A stretch of 64,000 bases of DNA from an uncultured virus (IMG/VR IMGVR_UViG_2690315780_000001) (IMGVR_UViG_2690315780_000001:1-64000), one strand, 5' to 3'. Counted from the stretch's first letter, positions 46,580 through 58,154 are shown. Numbers and translations: made by a program. Notes: generated by a model from the letters alone, not told the origin.

Positions 46580-47269
46580 CTACAACCCCCTATTTATATT
46601 CCCTACATCAACCACCAAACAGGTTGCGGGAAATCGGGATATCTCTTCTCCTACAACGTTTGTTGCCCATTTAATGCTTTCTTTATATCGAATTTGGAGC
46701 ACATTTCCTTCTCTTCGAATAAAAGTTTCCATCAAAGCACCTTCAAAACCATCTTCACAAATTCCGGCCATACCTCCACCAAAAACAAAGGCTAAATCCT
46801 TTATATTAGGTAATGGATAATCCATATTCTCTTTTTGTGAAACAATAAAATAATTAACTATTTTTAATATTCCCCAGTTTGAATTATAAACGGTCTTTTT
46901 CGTTTTGCTGTTTTTTACAACCAATCCATATTTTTCATTAAAAATATTATTTGGCTGCTCACCAAACTCATAAATATCAACAACGCCCGGTGAATCATAG
47001 CAAGGTTGTGATATATAAACCGCTTTCATCTCGTTATTTATAATTCTTGAGGTGATCCGAATAAATGCATGTTTAGGTGATATTGCTAATAATTTTGTAT
47101 TGGGATGAGGAGGTATTTTAAACTCTTGGCTATATCCTTCATTATTTGATGTTATCCCACCAGCCATCCTTATGGTTCTTTTATCAAGACAGCACATCAC
47201 TTGGTTATGGCTATCGATCTGAACTTGCCTATTTTCACCGCGGATGATTATTCCATATTTACTTTTCAT
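46580..47269 (-). CDS. Tail tip-associated protein (DUF6453-like)
   Basis: KYGIII and KYGLVV repeats; lies after J. Confidence 0.6.
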   Translation of the reverse strand: MKSKYGIIIRGENRQVQIDSHNQVMCCLDKRTIRMAGGITSNNEGYSQEFKIPPHPNTKLLAISPKHAFIRITSRIINNEMKAVYISQPCYDSPGVVDIYEFGEQPNNIFNEKYGLVVKNSKTKKTVYNSNWGILKIVNYFIVSQKENMDYPLPNIKDLAFVFGGGMAGICEDGFEGALMETFIRREGNVLQIRYKESIKWATNVVGEEISRFPATCLVVDVGNINRGL

Positions 47270-47600
47270 TAATAAACACCATAGTAGAGTTTTATAATAT
47301 CTTCATATTCACCATCAACTCCATTGGTATACATATTTTTTAATTCAAGTTTAATGATCCCATTATTTATCTCTAATTTAATATCTCCTGCCAATCCCAT
47401 TAAAAATGCCGAGCCAAACCAAGCGAAAACCTTGCCATATTTATTTAAATCTTGATGATCGAAAATATACTCTTTTTGAGTATTTAGTGGGATGGGTTTT
47501 ATATCATGATACCCGACTATTCTTCCTACTCTGTCTGAGGTGTTTAATAAATCCATATCATATAATGTAGACCTAACCAGTACGCCATATTTACTCTTCA
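47269..47600 (-). CDS. Small tail tip-associated protein
   Basis: MKSKYGVLV start overlapping the end of J. Confidence 0.6.
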
Positions 47601-50600
47601 TTGCTGATATCACCAATAATAACAACGTTATTTCCAAACTCATCTTTGACATATAAATTTTGTTCTGTGAGGGAAGTCCCCCCATTACCGCCATAAAATT
47701 CTAATTTATTATTTTTTACGTCAATAATAAAACCTGACTCGTCGGGATAATAATTATCGGAAGTAATGGCTTCTGATAAGACTAATTTTCTGATCATGGC
47801 TTTATCAATTAATGCATCTCGAATAAAAAACTGTCCATTTTTTGCTGACATAAACAGTTCCATTCGATTATTTTTAGGATTATAAAAGGCAAAGTTATTG
47901 GCATTAAATCCAATATAGGAGGTGATCTTTTTATTTTTAATTTCAGCGCTCACCACAAGGCCACCGGCATTATATTTAATATTATCTTGGATAATGGTAA
48001 TGTTCATTGAATGCCTCGCATATCCGCCTGATTGTGTAAATTGCGCATTCATCTTTCGGCTAACAATACCTGACTGCTGATTAAACTTGGCTTGAACCTG
48101 TTGTTGATAAGTTGATTGGGCTTGTGTTATTGAGGAAATGGCTTCTTTTTGGGTAATAATATCCGCTTCCGTATTTTCTATTTGAGTTCGGATATCTTTA
48201 ATATCTGTTTCAATCTGTTCACTGTATTTTTCAAACTTTCGAGATAAGCGGTATTCATTGTAACGCAGTCTTTTAACGGTGGTTTCATTCCAATCGACAG
48301 TTTCACTCAGTGTTTTCCATGCTTGGGTTTCTTGTAATTCTTTATCTAAGTTATCTAATATCTCTCTGGTGTAGCTTTCTGGTTGCCCTATTCCTTCCAC
48401 AAATTCTGAACGCCCAACAGCGTTTATACTGCGAACATAAATATAATAGGTATGCCCTGCTTTTAGGTTTCTACCTTGAATAACCCACATCGTACTGACA
48501 CCTAAATATTCAGTGCGACTTTCCACTTCGCGAATATCGGTGATCTGTTTTTCTGAAACCCAAAACTCATACTGTGCTCGTAAGCTATTTTGACCACCAG
48601 AACGCGGAATAATACCCAAGCTAAAATAACCTGATTCCACTTCAATGTAACTCGGTGGCAATGGCGGGTTAATCGCGAATGAAGTTGTGACCACCTCGCC
48701 TTTTTGTTTCCGATCATTTTGAGGCACGACGGATAAAACATAATTGCCCTGAGGCAAACCACCAAAACGATGCATTGTATCCGTGGTTGAGGCAGTACCG
48801 ACAATGCGATCACCCGTAGTGAGTTTTAATAAAAAGTCGACCCCTCGACTGGAATAAGGCGTGTTCCAGCTGGCTTCTACTTGCCACGCACTCGTATCCG
48901 ATTCGATATCCACAGAAAGGTTTTCAACTGGTGGAATAAATCCACCCAGTGGCGTATCGGGCTTTGGCTCAAATTTAGCACCCTTATCAACAATCGCCTC
49001 TTTTTCGGGTGTGTGTTGTACTGCGATAACCGTAAAACTACCATCTCCGTTATCAGCCAAGCTGATAGCGCGAAATAATCGGCGACGTAAAGACGGGAGT
49101 GTCAACGTCCAAATTCCGCCCTCGCGTAACCCTAACGGTAAGGTATCCAGATTTATTTGATTGGATGCGGGATAATTCAGCACTTCATAAGATTGCGGAT
49201 CACCTTGTGCATTGATGAGCGTAACGCTGGATTTACCGCTTTTGGGTGTGTCGATATTGCGATCTAAGGTTAATGTTTGAGAGGCATAATCAATGTGTGT
49301 CAGACGCCCACCAATTTGATTATCCGCGTAATAGTTATCGGCAATTTCGATAATATCACCCGGCATATGACGCAAGCCTTCACTGCCAACAGTAAACTCA
49401 ACCGTCTGTGTCTCTAATTTCTCAGTGGTTAATAACCAAAGACCATGACGATGGGCTTGCCCTCTGCTAGTACAACCAAAAGCATCGACGCGCATCACAT
49501 TACGACCAAAGCGGGCAATGCTGGCATCATCTTCAACCAGTTCAACACTGGTTTTCCAGCCATTATCGGGATCAATAAAACGAACTTCGACAGCAGTATG
49601 ACGCGATTTTAATGCACTAAAACTATATTGAAAGTTACCATCAATCACATTGGCGTTGGTATATGGCCACACCACATCAGACGGCCTATCTTGAATAAAG
49701 GTTAATGTTCGCCCGTTCCAGACTGGCATAATGCGCATCATGGCACACATATCGCCCATCACATCATAGGCTTTGCGCATATCCGTAATGTAGGCATTGC
49801 ACGTCATACGGGGTTCTTTTCCACCGAACCCATCATCAACCTGTTCATCACAATAACGACCGATTGCATACAGGGCGAATTTATCGACTTCTCTAATATT
49901 AAGGCGTTTCCCCATGCCATAACGCGGGTGAGTTAATAAATCCCATAATATCCATGCAGGATTATTGGTAAATGCCGGTTTAAAGGTGCCATCCCAAATC
50001 CCTGTATAAATCCGTTTATCTGGATCATAATTACTCGGCACCTGAATAATGCGACCTTTAATTAAATAATTACGGCGAGGAAATTTATTACCAAACTGCT
50101 CACTATCAAACATTAATCCAGCAACAGCAGACCCCGGATAAGTTTGTGAAATATCCACTAACTCAGAATAGCTCGACCAAACGGTATTATTTTGAATTTT
50201 GTCAGAAGTGCTGTCTTGAGTGATACGGATCATGCGTACACTAAACGGAACGGGCGGTAAATCATCCAACACAACGGCCATCAAATAAGGTGAGTTAGAG
50301 CGTTTGCCATTAATCGTGACATTTTTCTCTGTTATCCATGCCCCATTGCGCTGAATTTGGATTTGCAATTGAACAGAAGTGGGTACACGATCACCATTAT
50401 CTTTAGTTTCAACCAGAGCTTGTGTCCCAAAGGTTAGGCGTAAACGGTCAATATTGGGTGAGGTAATAGTACGAGTGACGGGGGAATTATATTTAACTTC
50501 GATACCCACCGGCACTTCATTCGCAGACGCGGTAAAGCCACTCATTGCCGGTTGTTCTAATGTCCCTGCCCGCCATTGTGCATACATTCCATTAATGGTG

Positions 50601-50794
50601 CTATTGCCAGAGCCGTCTATCACAGGCGTATCATCCAAATAAATACACCCTAAATCATCCATCGAGCCTTGAATATGAATAGGGCCTTCAATCGGTCCCT
50701 CACTGATTAAATCAATTAATGAGGCTTTTTGTCGTGATGTTAAATCATTTGGTGCCTCATACGGTGTTCTTTGACCGCCACCACCTTTACCCAT
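47591..50794 (-). CDS. J: Lambda-type tail tip protein J
   Basis: MGKGGG..TPYEAPN; DLISEGPIEG; WDGTFKPAFTNNPAW. Confidence 0.95.
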   Translation of the reverse strand: MGKGGGGQRTPYEAPNDLTSRQKASLIDLISEGPIEGPIHIQGSMDDLGCIYLDDTPVIDGSGNSTINGMYAQWRAGTLEQPAMSGFTASANEVPVGIEVKYNSPVTRTITSPNIDRLRLTFGTQALVETKDNGDRVPTSVQLQIQIQRNGAWITEKNVTINGKRSNSPYLMAVVLDDLPPVPFSVRMIRITQDSTSDKIQNNTVWSSYSELVDISQTYPGSAVAGLMFDSEQFGNKFPRRNYLIKGRIIQVPSNYDPDKRIYTGIWDGTFKPAFTNNPAWILWDLLTHPRYGMGKRLNIREVDKFALYAIGRYCDEQVDDGFGGKEPRMTCNAYITDMRKAYDVMGDMCAMMRIMPVWNGRTLTFIQDRPSDVVWPYTNANVIDGNFQYSFSALKSRHTAVEVRFIDPDNGWKTSVELVEDDASIARFGRNVMRVDAFGCTSRGQAHRHGLWLLTTEKLETQTVEFTVGSEGLRHMPGDIIEIADNYYADNQIGGRLTHIDYASQTLTLDRNIDTPKSGKSSVTLINAQGDPQSYEVLNYPASNQINLDTLPLGLREGGIWTLTLPSLRRRLFRAISLADNGDGSFTVIAVQHTPEKEAIVDKGAKFEPKPDTPLGGFIPPVENLSVDIESDTSAWQVEASWNTPYSSRGVDFLLKLTTGDRIVGTASTTDTMHRFGGLPQGNYVLSVVPQNDRKQKGEVVTTSFAINPPLPPSYIEVESGYFSLGIIPRSGGQNSLRAQYEFWVSEKQITDIREVESRTEYLGVSTMWVIQGRNLKAGHTYYIYVRSINAVGRSEFVEGIGQPESYTREILDNLDKELQETQAWKTLSETVDWNETTVKRLRYNEYRLSRKFEKYSEQIETDIKDIRTQIENTEADIITQKEAISSITQAQSTYQQQVQAKFNQQSGIVSRKMNAQFTQSGGYARHSMNITIIQDNIKYNAGGLVVSAEIKNKKITSYIGFNANNFAFYNPKNNRMELFMSAKNGQFFIRDALIDKAMIRKLVLSEAITSDNYYPDESGFIIDVKNNKLEFYGGNGGTSLTEQNLYVKDEFGNNVVIIGDISNEE

Positions 50795-50808
50795 AATACA
50801 AGCTCCTC

Positions 50809-51447
50809 TTAACCACCGTGTTTGCCGGCATCGATATCTTCGCCATCACTGTCATCCATAATTTCAACGGATTGTGAAATGACGCGTGAACCACACATAA
50901 TTTCGCCATACGCAATGGGCACCGGCATCCCTTGAGCAACCGCGTTATCAAGATTACTAAAATAGGTATTGCCTTTTTCTTCATCATCACGAGATAAATT
51001 AGGGGGTTTAGGTGCGGGGATCAGCATTTGAGCGACACCACCAATCATCATGGCAGCACCACCCGCCATCAAAGAAGTCGCCACTGTTGCGGAGATCCAC
51101 GCAGGCCCCCACCATCCCAATGAAAATAAAGCAGCACCCGCAACAAACTGAAAAACGCCGACGTTTTTAGCCCCTGATAATTTCGGCACAATATGGACGA
51201 TCGCGTTATCAGGTAAGGTTTCATTGAATTTTTGGTGAACTTCTTGCGGGGAAATATCGGTACCGGCAATACGCACTTGATACCAACCCTCACGAATGGC
51301 AAGGCGTAATGCTGGGATTTGAATAAAAAGCGCGTGAAGCCCTTCAGAGGCGGTATTCACATTTAAATCAAAGCGACGTCCAAATCGTTGCAAATTCCCG
51401 TAAAGTCGGAAGGTTGCCAATCGCGGTAACGCCAGATCGAGTGCGTC
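50809..51447 (-). CDS. I: Tail assembly protein I
   Basis: RLYGNLQRFGRR; QGMPVPIAYGE..GSRVIS. Confidence 0.9.
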   Translation of the reverse strand, partial: DALDLALPRLATFRLYGNLQRFGRRFDLNVNTASEGLHALFIQIPALRLAIREGWYQVRIAGTDISPQEVHQKFNETLPDNAIVHIVPKLSGAKNVGVFQFVAGAALFSLGWWGPAWISATVATSLMAGGAAMMIGGVAQMLIPAPKPPNLSRDDEEKGNTYFSNLDNAVAQGMPVPIAYGEIMCGSRVISQSVEIMDDSDGEDIDAGKHGG

Positions 51448-52091
51448 ATTCGTTGCCATCGTTCGTTATACTCCTCGCGTTTACTGAGTTGGTTTGGAAT
51501 GTGATGCAAAATCGTTTGGTTGCCTAAATAAATCCCCGCATGGTTGGCGCGAGAGCTGGCATAGCAACACAAAATAATATCGCCGGGTTGTGCCTCTTTT
51601 TTTATCTGTCGAAAACCACTGCTCACCATATTGTCGAGGTACAACTCTTTACTTTGTCGCCACCAATTATCATGTCGCTCAAAATCAGGCAGATCATGTC
51701 CTGCCAAATGATAAGCGTCTCGAAACAACCCATAACAATCTGTTGAGCCATGAACAAATTGGCGACCCAATAGATGAGGAACAGGTTGATAGCAGTGAAT
51801 TTTTTCATCATAAACCACCCACCACGGCAATGCGCTGTTCACCTGCAGTTGTCTATCTAATGTGCTGAGGTACTGTTGGCCTTCAGGATGACTGTGTACA
51901 ACCGCGATCACTTCGCCCTGCTGTTCGGCGCGAATAAAATCATCAAAAGAAATCGTGAAGTGGTTTTTCGGATCGGTATGCTGGTTAACACAAGGTAAAT
52001 ACTGTTCGCCATGAGCAGTACTTATCAATAAGCCACACGCCTCCAAGGGCGCTTGCTCTTTTGCCTGCGCCAATATTGCTTGTTCAATCAT
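51363..52091 (-). CDS. K: Tail assembly protein K (JAB plus NlpC/P60)
   Basis: EACGL, HSHP, DCYGL, NHAGIY. Confidence 0.92.
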   Translation of the reverse strand: MIEQAILAQAKEQAPLEACGLLISTAHGEQYLPCVNQHTDPKNHFTISFDDFIRAEQQGEVIAVVHSHPEGQQYLSTLDRQLQVNSALPWWVVYDEKIHCYQPVPHLLGRQFVHGSTDCYGLFRDAYHLAGHDLPDFERHDNWWRQSKELYLDNMVSSGFRQIKKEAQPGDIILCCYASSRANHAGIYLGNQTILHHIPNQLSKREEYNERWQRMTHSIWRYRDWQPSDFTGICNDLDVALI

Positions 52092-52112
52092 AAGAAACAC
52101 CTTAGGAGGGAA

Positions 52113-52817
52113 TTAACTATTACCAATACGGGAAGTAGAAACAAACGCGCCTATACGTGACTCGTTTTTTCTTAACTTACAGTCACTCAGACGTTTACCG
52201 CATTTATCTTTTAACGGATCGGAGGTTGGCTTTCCCCACTCATCTGCAACAGGAGCACCTTTATATCCGCACTCTTCTGAGCGATATCCCCAAGGACAGA
52301 TATCCGACAAAATCACGCGACCAGGAAGCATCAATCCGTCGGTTTCACTGGGTGTGGCTAACATAAAGGTGGCAGTCACTGAATTTAAACTGGTCATCTG
52401 CTCAATGATCCAGCGTGTCACAATCTCTTGTGACGGATCGGCATTAGGATTACCTTGGGGAAAATTTACCGCATCTAAAAATTGGGTGCTGACAATGCGA
52501 CGTACCACCAGCCCACCAATTGCACTATCTAACTGACTCGCAATACCGGTAATAAGCCCGAATAAATTCGACAATGTAATAGTGGGTCGCCCTGATGGCC
52601 CTTTACCATTAAATGAAAATCCGTCACCTTTTACAGGGTAAGGCTCATAGATATTTCCTTGCCAGATTAGCGGTTCTTTACGTTGGTTTAGCCCGTCAAA
52701 AAAGCGGTACCGAATACCGCCTATTTTAGTTAAATCAAACTCGTAAAGTTCAAGCAGAGCATCACTGGAAGAGAGTTCGGTAACACTAATTCGCATTTCA
52801 GGAGGAATATGTTGCAT
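52113..52817 (-). CDS. L: Minor tail protein L
   Basis: WQGNIYEPYP; C-terminal four Cys (CPWGYRSEEC..DKC..SDC). Confidence 0.92.
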   Translation of the reverse strand: MQHIPPEMRISVTELSSSDALLELYEFDLTKIGGIRYRFFDGLNQRKEPLIWQGNIYEPYPVKGDGFSFNGKGPSGRPTITLSNLFGLITGIASQLDSAIGGLVVRRIVSTQFLDAVNFPQGNPNADPSQEIVTRWIIEQMTSLNSVTATFMLATPSETDGLMLPGRVILSDICPWGYRSEECGYKGAPVADEWGKPTSDPLKDKCGKRLSDCKLRKNESRIGAFVSTSRIGNS

Positions 52818-53018
52818 ATTAGCTCCAATAAAAAACCCGCCGAAGCGGGTCAAGGTTACAATATTTTTTATATTATGAATAATAGTTTAGGTATGATGAA
52901 GATAATATTCATATTTAAATAAATTATGAATTAATATCTTTCATATAAGAAAATAAATGAATTTAGATTAAAGTATTAATATTTTGATTATATTTTAATT
53001 GAATAATTAGGATTGTAA

Positions 53019-53249
53019 TTATTTTATTCTTCGTCTATCGACTGATTGTAATACACTGAATTTTCTTGCTTGTATAATATTTTCACTTTCTTTTTTATCT
53101 TCATTTTTTAAATATATAAGTTTTCCTGAGTCTTTACTTTTCAACCATCTACCATTTAAATCTATAGCGACTTCAGCATATAATGTATCTGAGTTGAGGA
53201 GTTTTTTATAGGAAAGTCCTGTATATGCCCATAATTCGGTTCTGTTCAT
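53019..53249 (-). CDS. Hypothetical 76-aa moron protein
   Basis: GAGG RBS; 1 nt after the upstream stop. Confidence 0.6.
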   Translation of the reverse strand: MNRTELWAYTGLSYKKLLNSDTLYAEVAIDLNGRWLKSKDSGKLIYLKNEDKKESENIIQARKFSVLQSVDRRRIK

Positions 53250-53250
53250 C

Positions 53251-54648
53251 TTACACCTCGGATTTTAGATCTGTTAGATAGTTATCTTCTTTTTCATTAT
53301 CATTCAAATTGTAGCTATTTAGTAATTTAGAGTACAGTATTTTCAATGACATTAATACTGATAGATTGTGGCACAATGGTTTTATTGTTGAATAATATAC
53401 TTCTGACTTAATTTCATTTTCTAAGAAATTAACTCTATCGACATAAATATTTATAACTCCAGCTATCTCTTCAAATACAATAGGTATTTCTAATGTATTA
53501 CAATCAATATCTAATTTACCAATTGGTACTGACAGTATTGATTTAGTTCTATCTTTATCTTTTTCATAATACTTACGAATATCTTGTTCATATACTCCTG
53601 TAAGATGCTCTCGATATGTGGGAGATTTTTTTAATTGATTAAGGTAAGTATCAACGCACTCTTGTATGCTCTTTATATAAACTTCACGTGCAGTAATCAC
53701 GGCTTCCGGTGCACCAAATAAATTGGGATGCTTTATCTTTCCAACCTCTTCAATGGTAGAGAATGGCATGCAAATTGGATATGAATTACTGTTCTTTCCA
53801 TTTTTATAACAGTTTGAAAATTGATATTTTTTATTAAGTTCACAGGTAAATTGTTGTTCACATATTAAAACATGATCGCAATGTTCTAAGCGAGATTGAA
53901 GATTCGATGAAAACAAAAAAAAAGGTGAAAATACAACGGCATTCTTACTAAAAATAGAATGATTTTCTTGTTTATAAACATCCTCACTTTGAAATGTATT
54001 TAATAATGATGATGTTGGAACTAAAGAAAAAAGATTACTTTTTATCGTAACATCATCATTTCCTTCTAAAAAACGATGAGTCACTTTTAATATTGATTCC
54101 TGCACGGTATCTATAGCACTGTCTAAAGTGTCATTATAACTATTAACCAGATCTTCATTTCCTAAAATAGAACCCACTTGATGCGTTTCTGCTTGCATTA
54201 TTTTTCTTAAATCCTGTACACAGGAATTAATAACACTTAGCATATTAATACACTGTGTTCCATTTTCATTAACAGCATTATACGAAGCACGAGTTTGGTT
54301 TGTTTGTTCTTTATGCTGACTATAAATATAATGCAATACGCTCAATACCAAAGCACAAGTCACGGGAATGGCAAAAAAGAGACTTTCAAATCCCCACACT
54401 TCACCATCAAACCACTGTTTTTGTAATTGTGTACCCAAAACGGATACGCTAGATGCCCAGAATATTCCAATAGCTGCTAGTAATAAATGCCCATAAGCAG
54501 AGTGAGTCATACTGGCAAGTCTCATTACCCATACACTTCTTTTCTTTCGTAAGAAAATCACGCATGCAAATATTCCAAATAATATAACAATAAATAATAT
54601 AATACCCATATAGCCCATTTGGGTATATTTCTCACTTGAATAATTCAA
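53251..54648 (-). CDS. Membrane protein (3 N-terminal TMs) with a GAF-like C-terminal domain
   Basis: Three hydrophobic helices; KSILSVPI...IAGVINIY; start may be ATG near 54618. Confidence 0.6.
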   Translation of the reverse strand: MNYSSEKYTQMGYMGIILFIVILFGIFACVIFLRKKRSVWVMRLASMTHSAYGHLLLAAIGIFWASSVSVLGTQLQKQWFDGEVWGFESLFFAIPVTCALVLSVLHYIYSQHKEQTNQTRASYNAVNENGTQCINMLSVINSCVQDLRKIMQAETHQVGSILGNEDLVNSYNDTLDSAIDTVQESILKVTHRFLEGNDDVTIKSNLFSLVPTSSLLNTFQSEDVYKQENHSIFSKNAVVFSPFFLFSSNLQSRLEHCDHVLICEQQFTCELNKKYQFSNCYKNGKNSNSYPICMPFSTIEEVGKIKHPNLFGAPEAVITAREVYIKSIQECVDTYLNQLKKSPTYREHLTGVYEQDIRKYYEKDKDRTKSILSVPIGKLDIDCNTLEIPIVFEEIAGVINIYVDRVNFLENEIKSEVYYSTIKPLCHNLSVLMSLKILYSKLLNSYNLNDNEKEDNYLTDLKSEV

Positions 54649-54678
54649 AGTTTACCATTCCTGTTATTTAAATAATGA

Positions 54679-54984
54679 TTAAAAACATGTTGGTTGATAC
54701 TCTATTTTTATCTTATCTCTTAAACTATTATCTGTAGTTTCTATGACTAACCGCCAAATAACTTTATTAACTGATAAAATAATATCGATATCGTATTCAT
54801 TTCCAAACTCATCATAAATACAACTATCTTTTATTATGGAATAAAAAAGATTACCATCATTAGATATAGTCAGAGAAGGTATACAAACAATTGACACTTC
54901 TACATTATTGTTATAAATAATAAGATATCCACCATATATACTTGGAGAATACTCCTCCCCTATTAATTTAAATTTAATATGCAT
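54679..54984 (-). CDS. Hypothetical 101-aa moron protein
   Basis: GAGGAG RBS; AT-rich. Confidence 0.6.
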   Translation of the reverse strand: MHIKFKLIGEEYSPSIYGGYLIIYNNNVEVSIVCIPSLTISNDGNLFYSIIKDSCIYDEFGNEYDIDIILSVNKVIWRLVIETTDNSLRDKIKIEYQPTCF

Positions 54985-55098
54985 TCTCCTCGCTAATTTT
55001 TAATTGATGGTACTTTAATAATTTATAGTTAATAAAAAAATCATTTTCCTCTTCTATTCTTTATTTTCAGACTGATTACACAGTAATAATTAATTTTA

Positions 55099-55428
55099 TT
55101 AATTTACCACTTGTTCAAATTCAGCTTCAATTTCACTGCGCATTAGTTTGATTTGTTCTGACCATTTACGGCAAATCACCTTAATATAGTCAGCTTGGTA
55201 TGGAGGTTGCCAAAGAAAAGCTTTAACACCTTGATGTTTTGCTAAAAAACGGTCGATTTCTTGTGATCCAGCGTGTGTCGATAGAAATGTAACATGATAT
55301 TTTATTGTATTAGAATTTAGCCCGTCAGGTCGTCGTTGTTCATAACCCTCCCCCAGTTTTACCGATTTCACTCTGGGTTCAGATACTTTGATCATATCAG
55401 GCTTCACTTTCCATTTAAAAATGTCCAT
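55099..55428 (-). CDS. M: Minor tail protein M
   Basis: GEGYEQRRPDGLN; FLAKHQGVKAFLWQPP. Confidence 0.9.
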   Translation of the reverse strand: MDIFKWKVKPDMIKVSEPRVKSVKLGEGYEQRRPDGLNSNTIKYHVTFLSTHAGSQEIDRFLAKHQGVKAFLWQPPYQADYIKVICRKWSEQIKLMRSEIEAEFEQVVN

Positions 55429-55435
55429 ATATCTC

Positions 55436-56467
55436 CTACATTCCACCACCATCACGGCGCTGACTTAAAATATAATCTTGTGCTCCCCGCTTGCTTATCT
55501 CATAGATTTTTTTCAGCACATGAGGGCTAATTTGCCCATGACTGCTTTCATTTTGAATAGTGACATTATTGATTTGAGTGAATCCTGCACCTTGATTCGG
55601 TATTTTAGCAACAACACCTAATTTGCCATCAATCCCTCGGCGAAGAGGAAAAATACCTTCAGGCCCAGCTTCCCCCATCACTCCTGCGCCTTTAGCAAAG
55701 GCAAATAATGTAGGGCGATTGACGATGTGCCCACTATAACGACTAAGACTTGATGAGGAATAAACACCTCCTTTCGCATTAGCGACTGGCGCACTAAAAC
55801 CACCAAAGCCAAAGGCTTCTAGACCTTTGATTAAAGCCATTTTAACTAAGATATTCGTGATCATTTTAAATATCGATTTAGTGAATGCTTTAAAATCGGC
55901 TTCTCTTTCTACTAATACATCAGTTAACTGGCTACTAAATCCGTCTAATGCCATTGATGTGGCATTTTTTACTTGCGTGTTAACATCTAAGGCTGTCTCA
56001 CGATAATCAGCCCACGCACTTTTTGCCCCTGCTAACCAGTTGTTTCGTTGATTGTCCTCCGCTTCAAATGTTTTTTGTTGCTCTGCGATCATCATGGATA
56101 ATTGAGGATTATCTTTATTGTCTGTTAATAATTGTTCTCGCTGATTATTTTGTTGAATTTCTTGGCGAGAAAGTCCTGCATTTGCCTCTATTGCTTGACG
56201 TTTTTTAATTTGTTGCGTGAGAGATTTTTCAGCTTGCACTTGCATCTTGTTTAAGCGTTGCTGTAATACGATTTCATCGCCAATTAAAGCTAATTTTTCT
56301 TTTTGTGAGAGGATATTATCTTTGTGAGCTAATAACGATTTTTCAGTTACCGTTAATTGCCGAGACTGAGAGGCTTGTTCTAAAAGGGTAAATTGCGCTT
56401 GTTGTTTTTGTAAGTCTTTACGTTGTTGGCTAATTTGTTGATATGTATTGTGATGTTTTCTGAGTAC
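55436..56467 (-). pseudogene. C-terminal remnant of a lambda H-like tape measure gene
   Basis: Frame is open back to about 56467 (ISQQRKDL..EKSLLAHKD); GVMGEAGPE; N-terminal part absent. Confidence 0.85.
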
Positions 56468-56709
56468 ATGGCGATACCATCAAACACCTCACCACCGGGA
56501 GAGTGAATATGCAGATTGATATGACTGAGATTACCCAGCGAGAGTAAATCTTCCGTAAAGCGTCTTGCGCTAATTCCCCACCCACCGATATCATCATAAA
56601 TATAGATATCTGCAGTTTGGTCTTCTTTAGCTTGCATGCGAAACCAGTTTTTTTGAGTTACTGGCCCCGACATTTTAGGCATCGTTATCAGGTTCTTGTT
56701 GTTTAGCAT
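56465..56709 (-). pseudogene. N-terminal remnant of a ClpP-like prohead protease/capsid gene
   Basis: IYIYDDIGGWG...LHIHSPGGEVFDGIA, then an abrupt switch to tape-measure sequence. Confidence 0.85.
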
Positions 56710-58154
56710 CTTGTGCCCCTTTGTCATTAGCAGGATCAGTATCAAATACCAGTCCTAATCGTTTATTTTCGTCAATTTCGGTTTTACGACGACGTTTTAC
56801 ATCCGCAGGATTGCCCCCTTTTGCGCGTATCCAGTCACTTTCTGTTGACGCACCACCGCGTAACAAGGTTTTCCATGCCTCAGACTCTTTTTTCGGATCA
56901 ATCCATGGCATTACAGGGCCACTGTAAACTGCATTAAACAGGGATTTAGCATCAACATCTGGAGGAACCACTATCACACCACTGGCTATCGCCATTTTTA
57001 ACCAATTGCGATACATCGGACGGCTAATGCCTGCCACAAAGGTATCTTGAAAAATGTTATAACCTTCAAACGACTCCACCAGCTCTTGTCGTTGAGCGCT
57101 ATATGTGCCGTTATAGTCACGGGCAATACTGGAATAACTGCCCCGACTGCCTGCAGAAACCGCACGTAATTGCCCATTGCGAAAGGTTTGTAGATTAGGG
57201 TTGGGGCGGTCTGATTTGATCATGCCCACTTCTTCACCCGGCTTTAAACCGTCGTAAATCATACCCGGCTGAATATCAATATTACGTTGCTCATCTTCGT
57301 CATAGTCACCTTCAGGGAAAGAGCCGGCATCCCCTTTTTTGATGTACATCTCCAATGAAGCTGCAATACGTGCGGAGGTTAATTCCGCATCTTCATAATC
57401 TTTTAACGCACTTAAGCGCATCAAGATCCCCGAAAATAAACTGACACCCCGCGCTTGGTGAAGCCGGCGAGTGAACTTCAGGTGCAACATGTTTTCGGCA
57501 TCAATGGTTTTGATATCCCCTAAATTGGGGAAGGTTTTTATACACCTGATACCCTGTGGGTCGCCCCCACTCATTAAATTTAATGCCTTGGATAATCTTA
57601 CTTTCTGGCATATTCATGTGGATCGGCACAAAGTCAGGCTCTAAGGCTTCGAGCCAAAAATAGATATTGGTTTGAGGATCTAACCCCTTGGCTTTACCTT
57701 TGACGAGCTGAGCAAAGACCTCACCATCACGTAGCCACGTTCTGACCAGTAAACGTTCTAATACAGGGCGACTAAATTGCCCTGTTACTTCGGGTAACAC
57801 TGACCATTCCGCCCAGGCTTGACGAATTTGCGAGGCTAACTCTTCATGGATTTGCCCTGCACCATCGAGAGGTTGTGGTTCGACAATAATGCCCTTTGCC
57901 CCGACAATGCGCTCTTCCATCTTGTCGAGAATACCAATAGAGATATCATGATTGTTATCTAGCCACCGCGCTTGCTCCCGTAATGATGTGCCACCAAACT
58001 GAGTCAGTTGGTTGCCATTACGATTTTCACGTTTAGCGGGATGAGTACGAGTGGGTAAAACGGCTTCATAGGCTTTAATTTGTAAGCGAGAACGGAGGCG
58101 CGAGGCTTGCCAGTTTGGGGCGAAATAACCAATGGCGCTGTCTAATAATGTCAT
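56675..58154 (-). pseudogene. Lambda-family portal protein, frameshifted near 57525
   Basis: Two ORFs (57501-58154 and 56675-57574) carry consecutive portal motifs LREQARWLDNNH, QARGVS, WIDPKKE. Confidence 0.85.

Noticed and set aside
56380..56745. 121-aa ORF as a real gene
   Set aside because: Chimera of a ClpP N-terminus and out-of-frame tape-measure DNA created by the deletion
46580..58154. Prophage 2 remnant as an F-type tailocin
   Set aside because: Tail tube, chaperones and most of the tape measure gene are deleted
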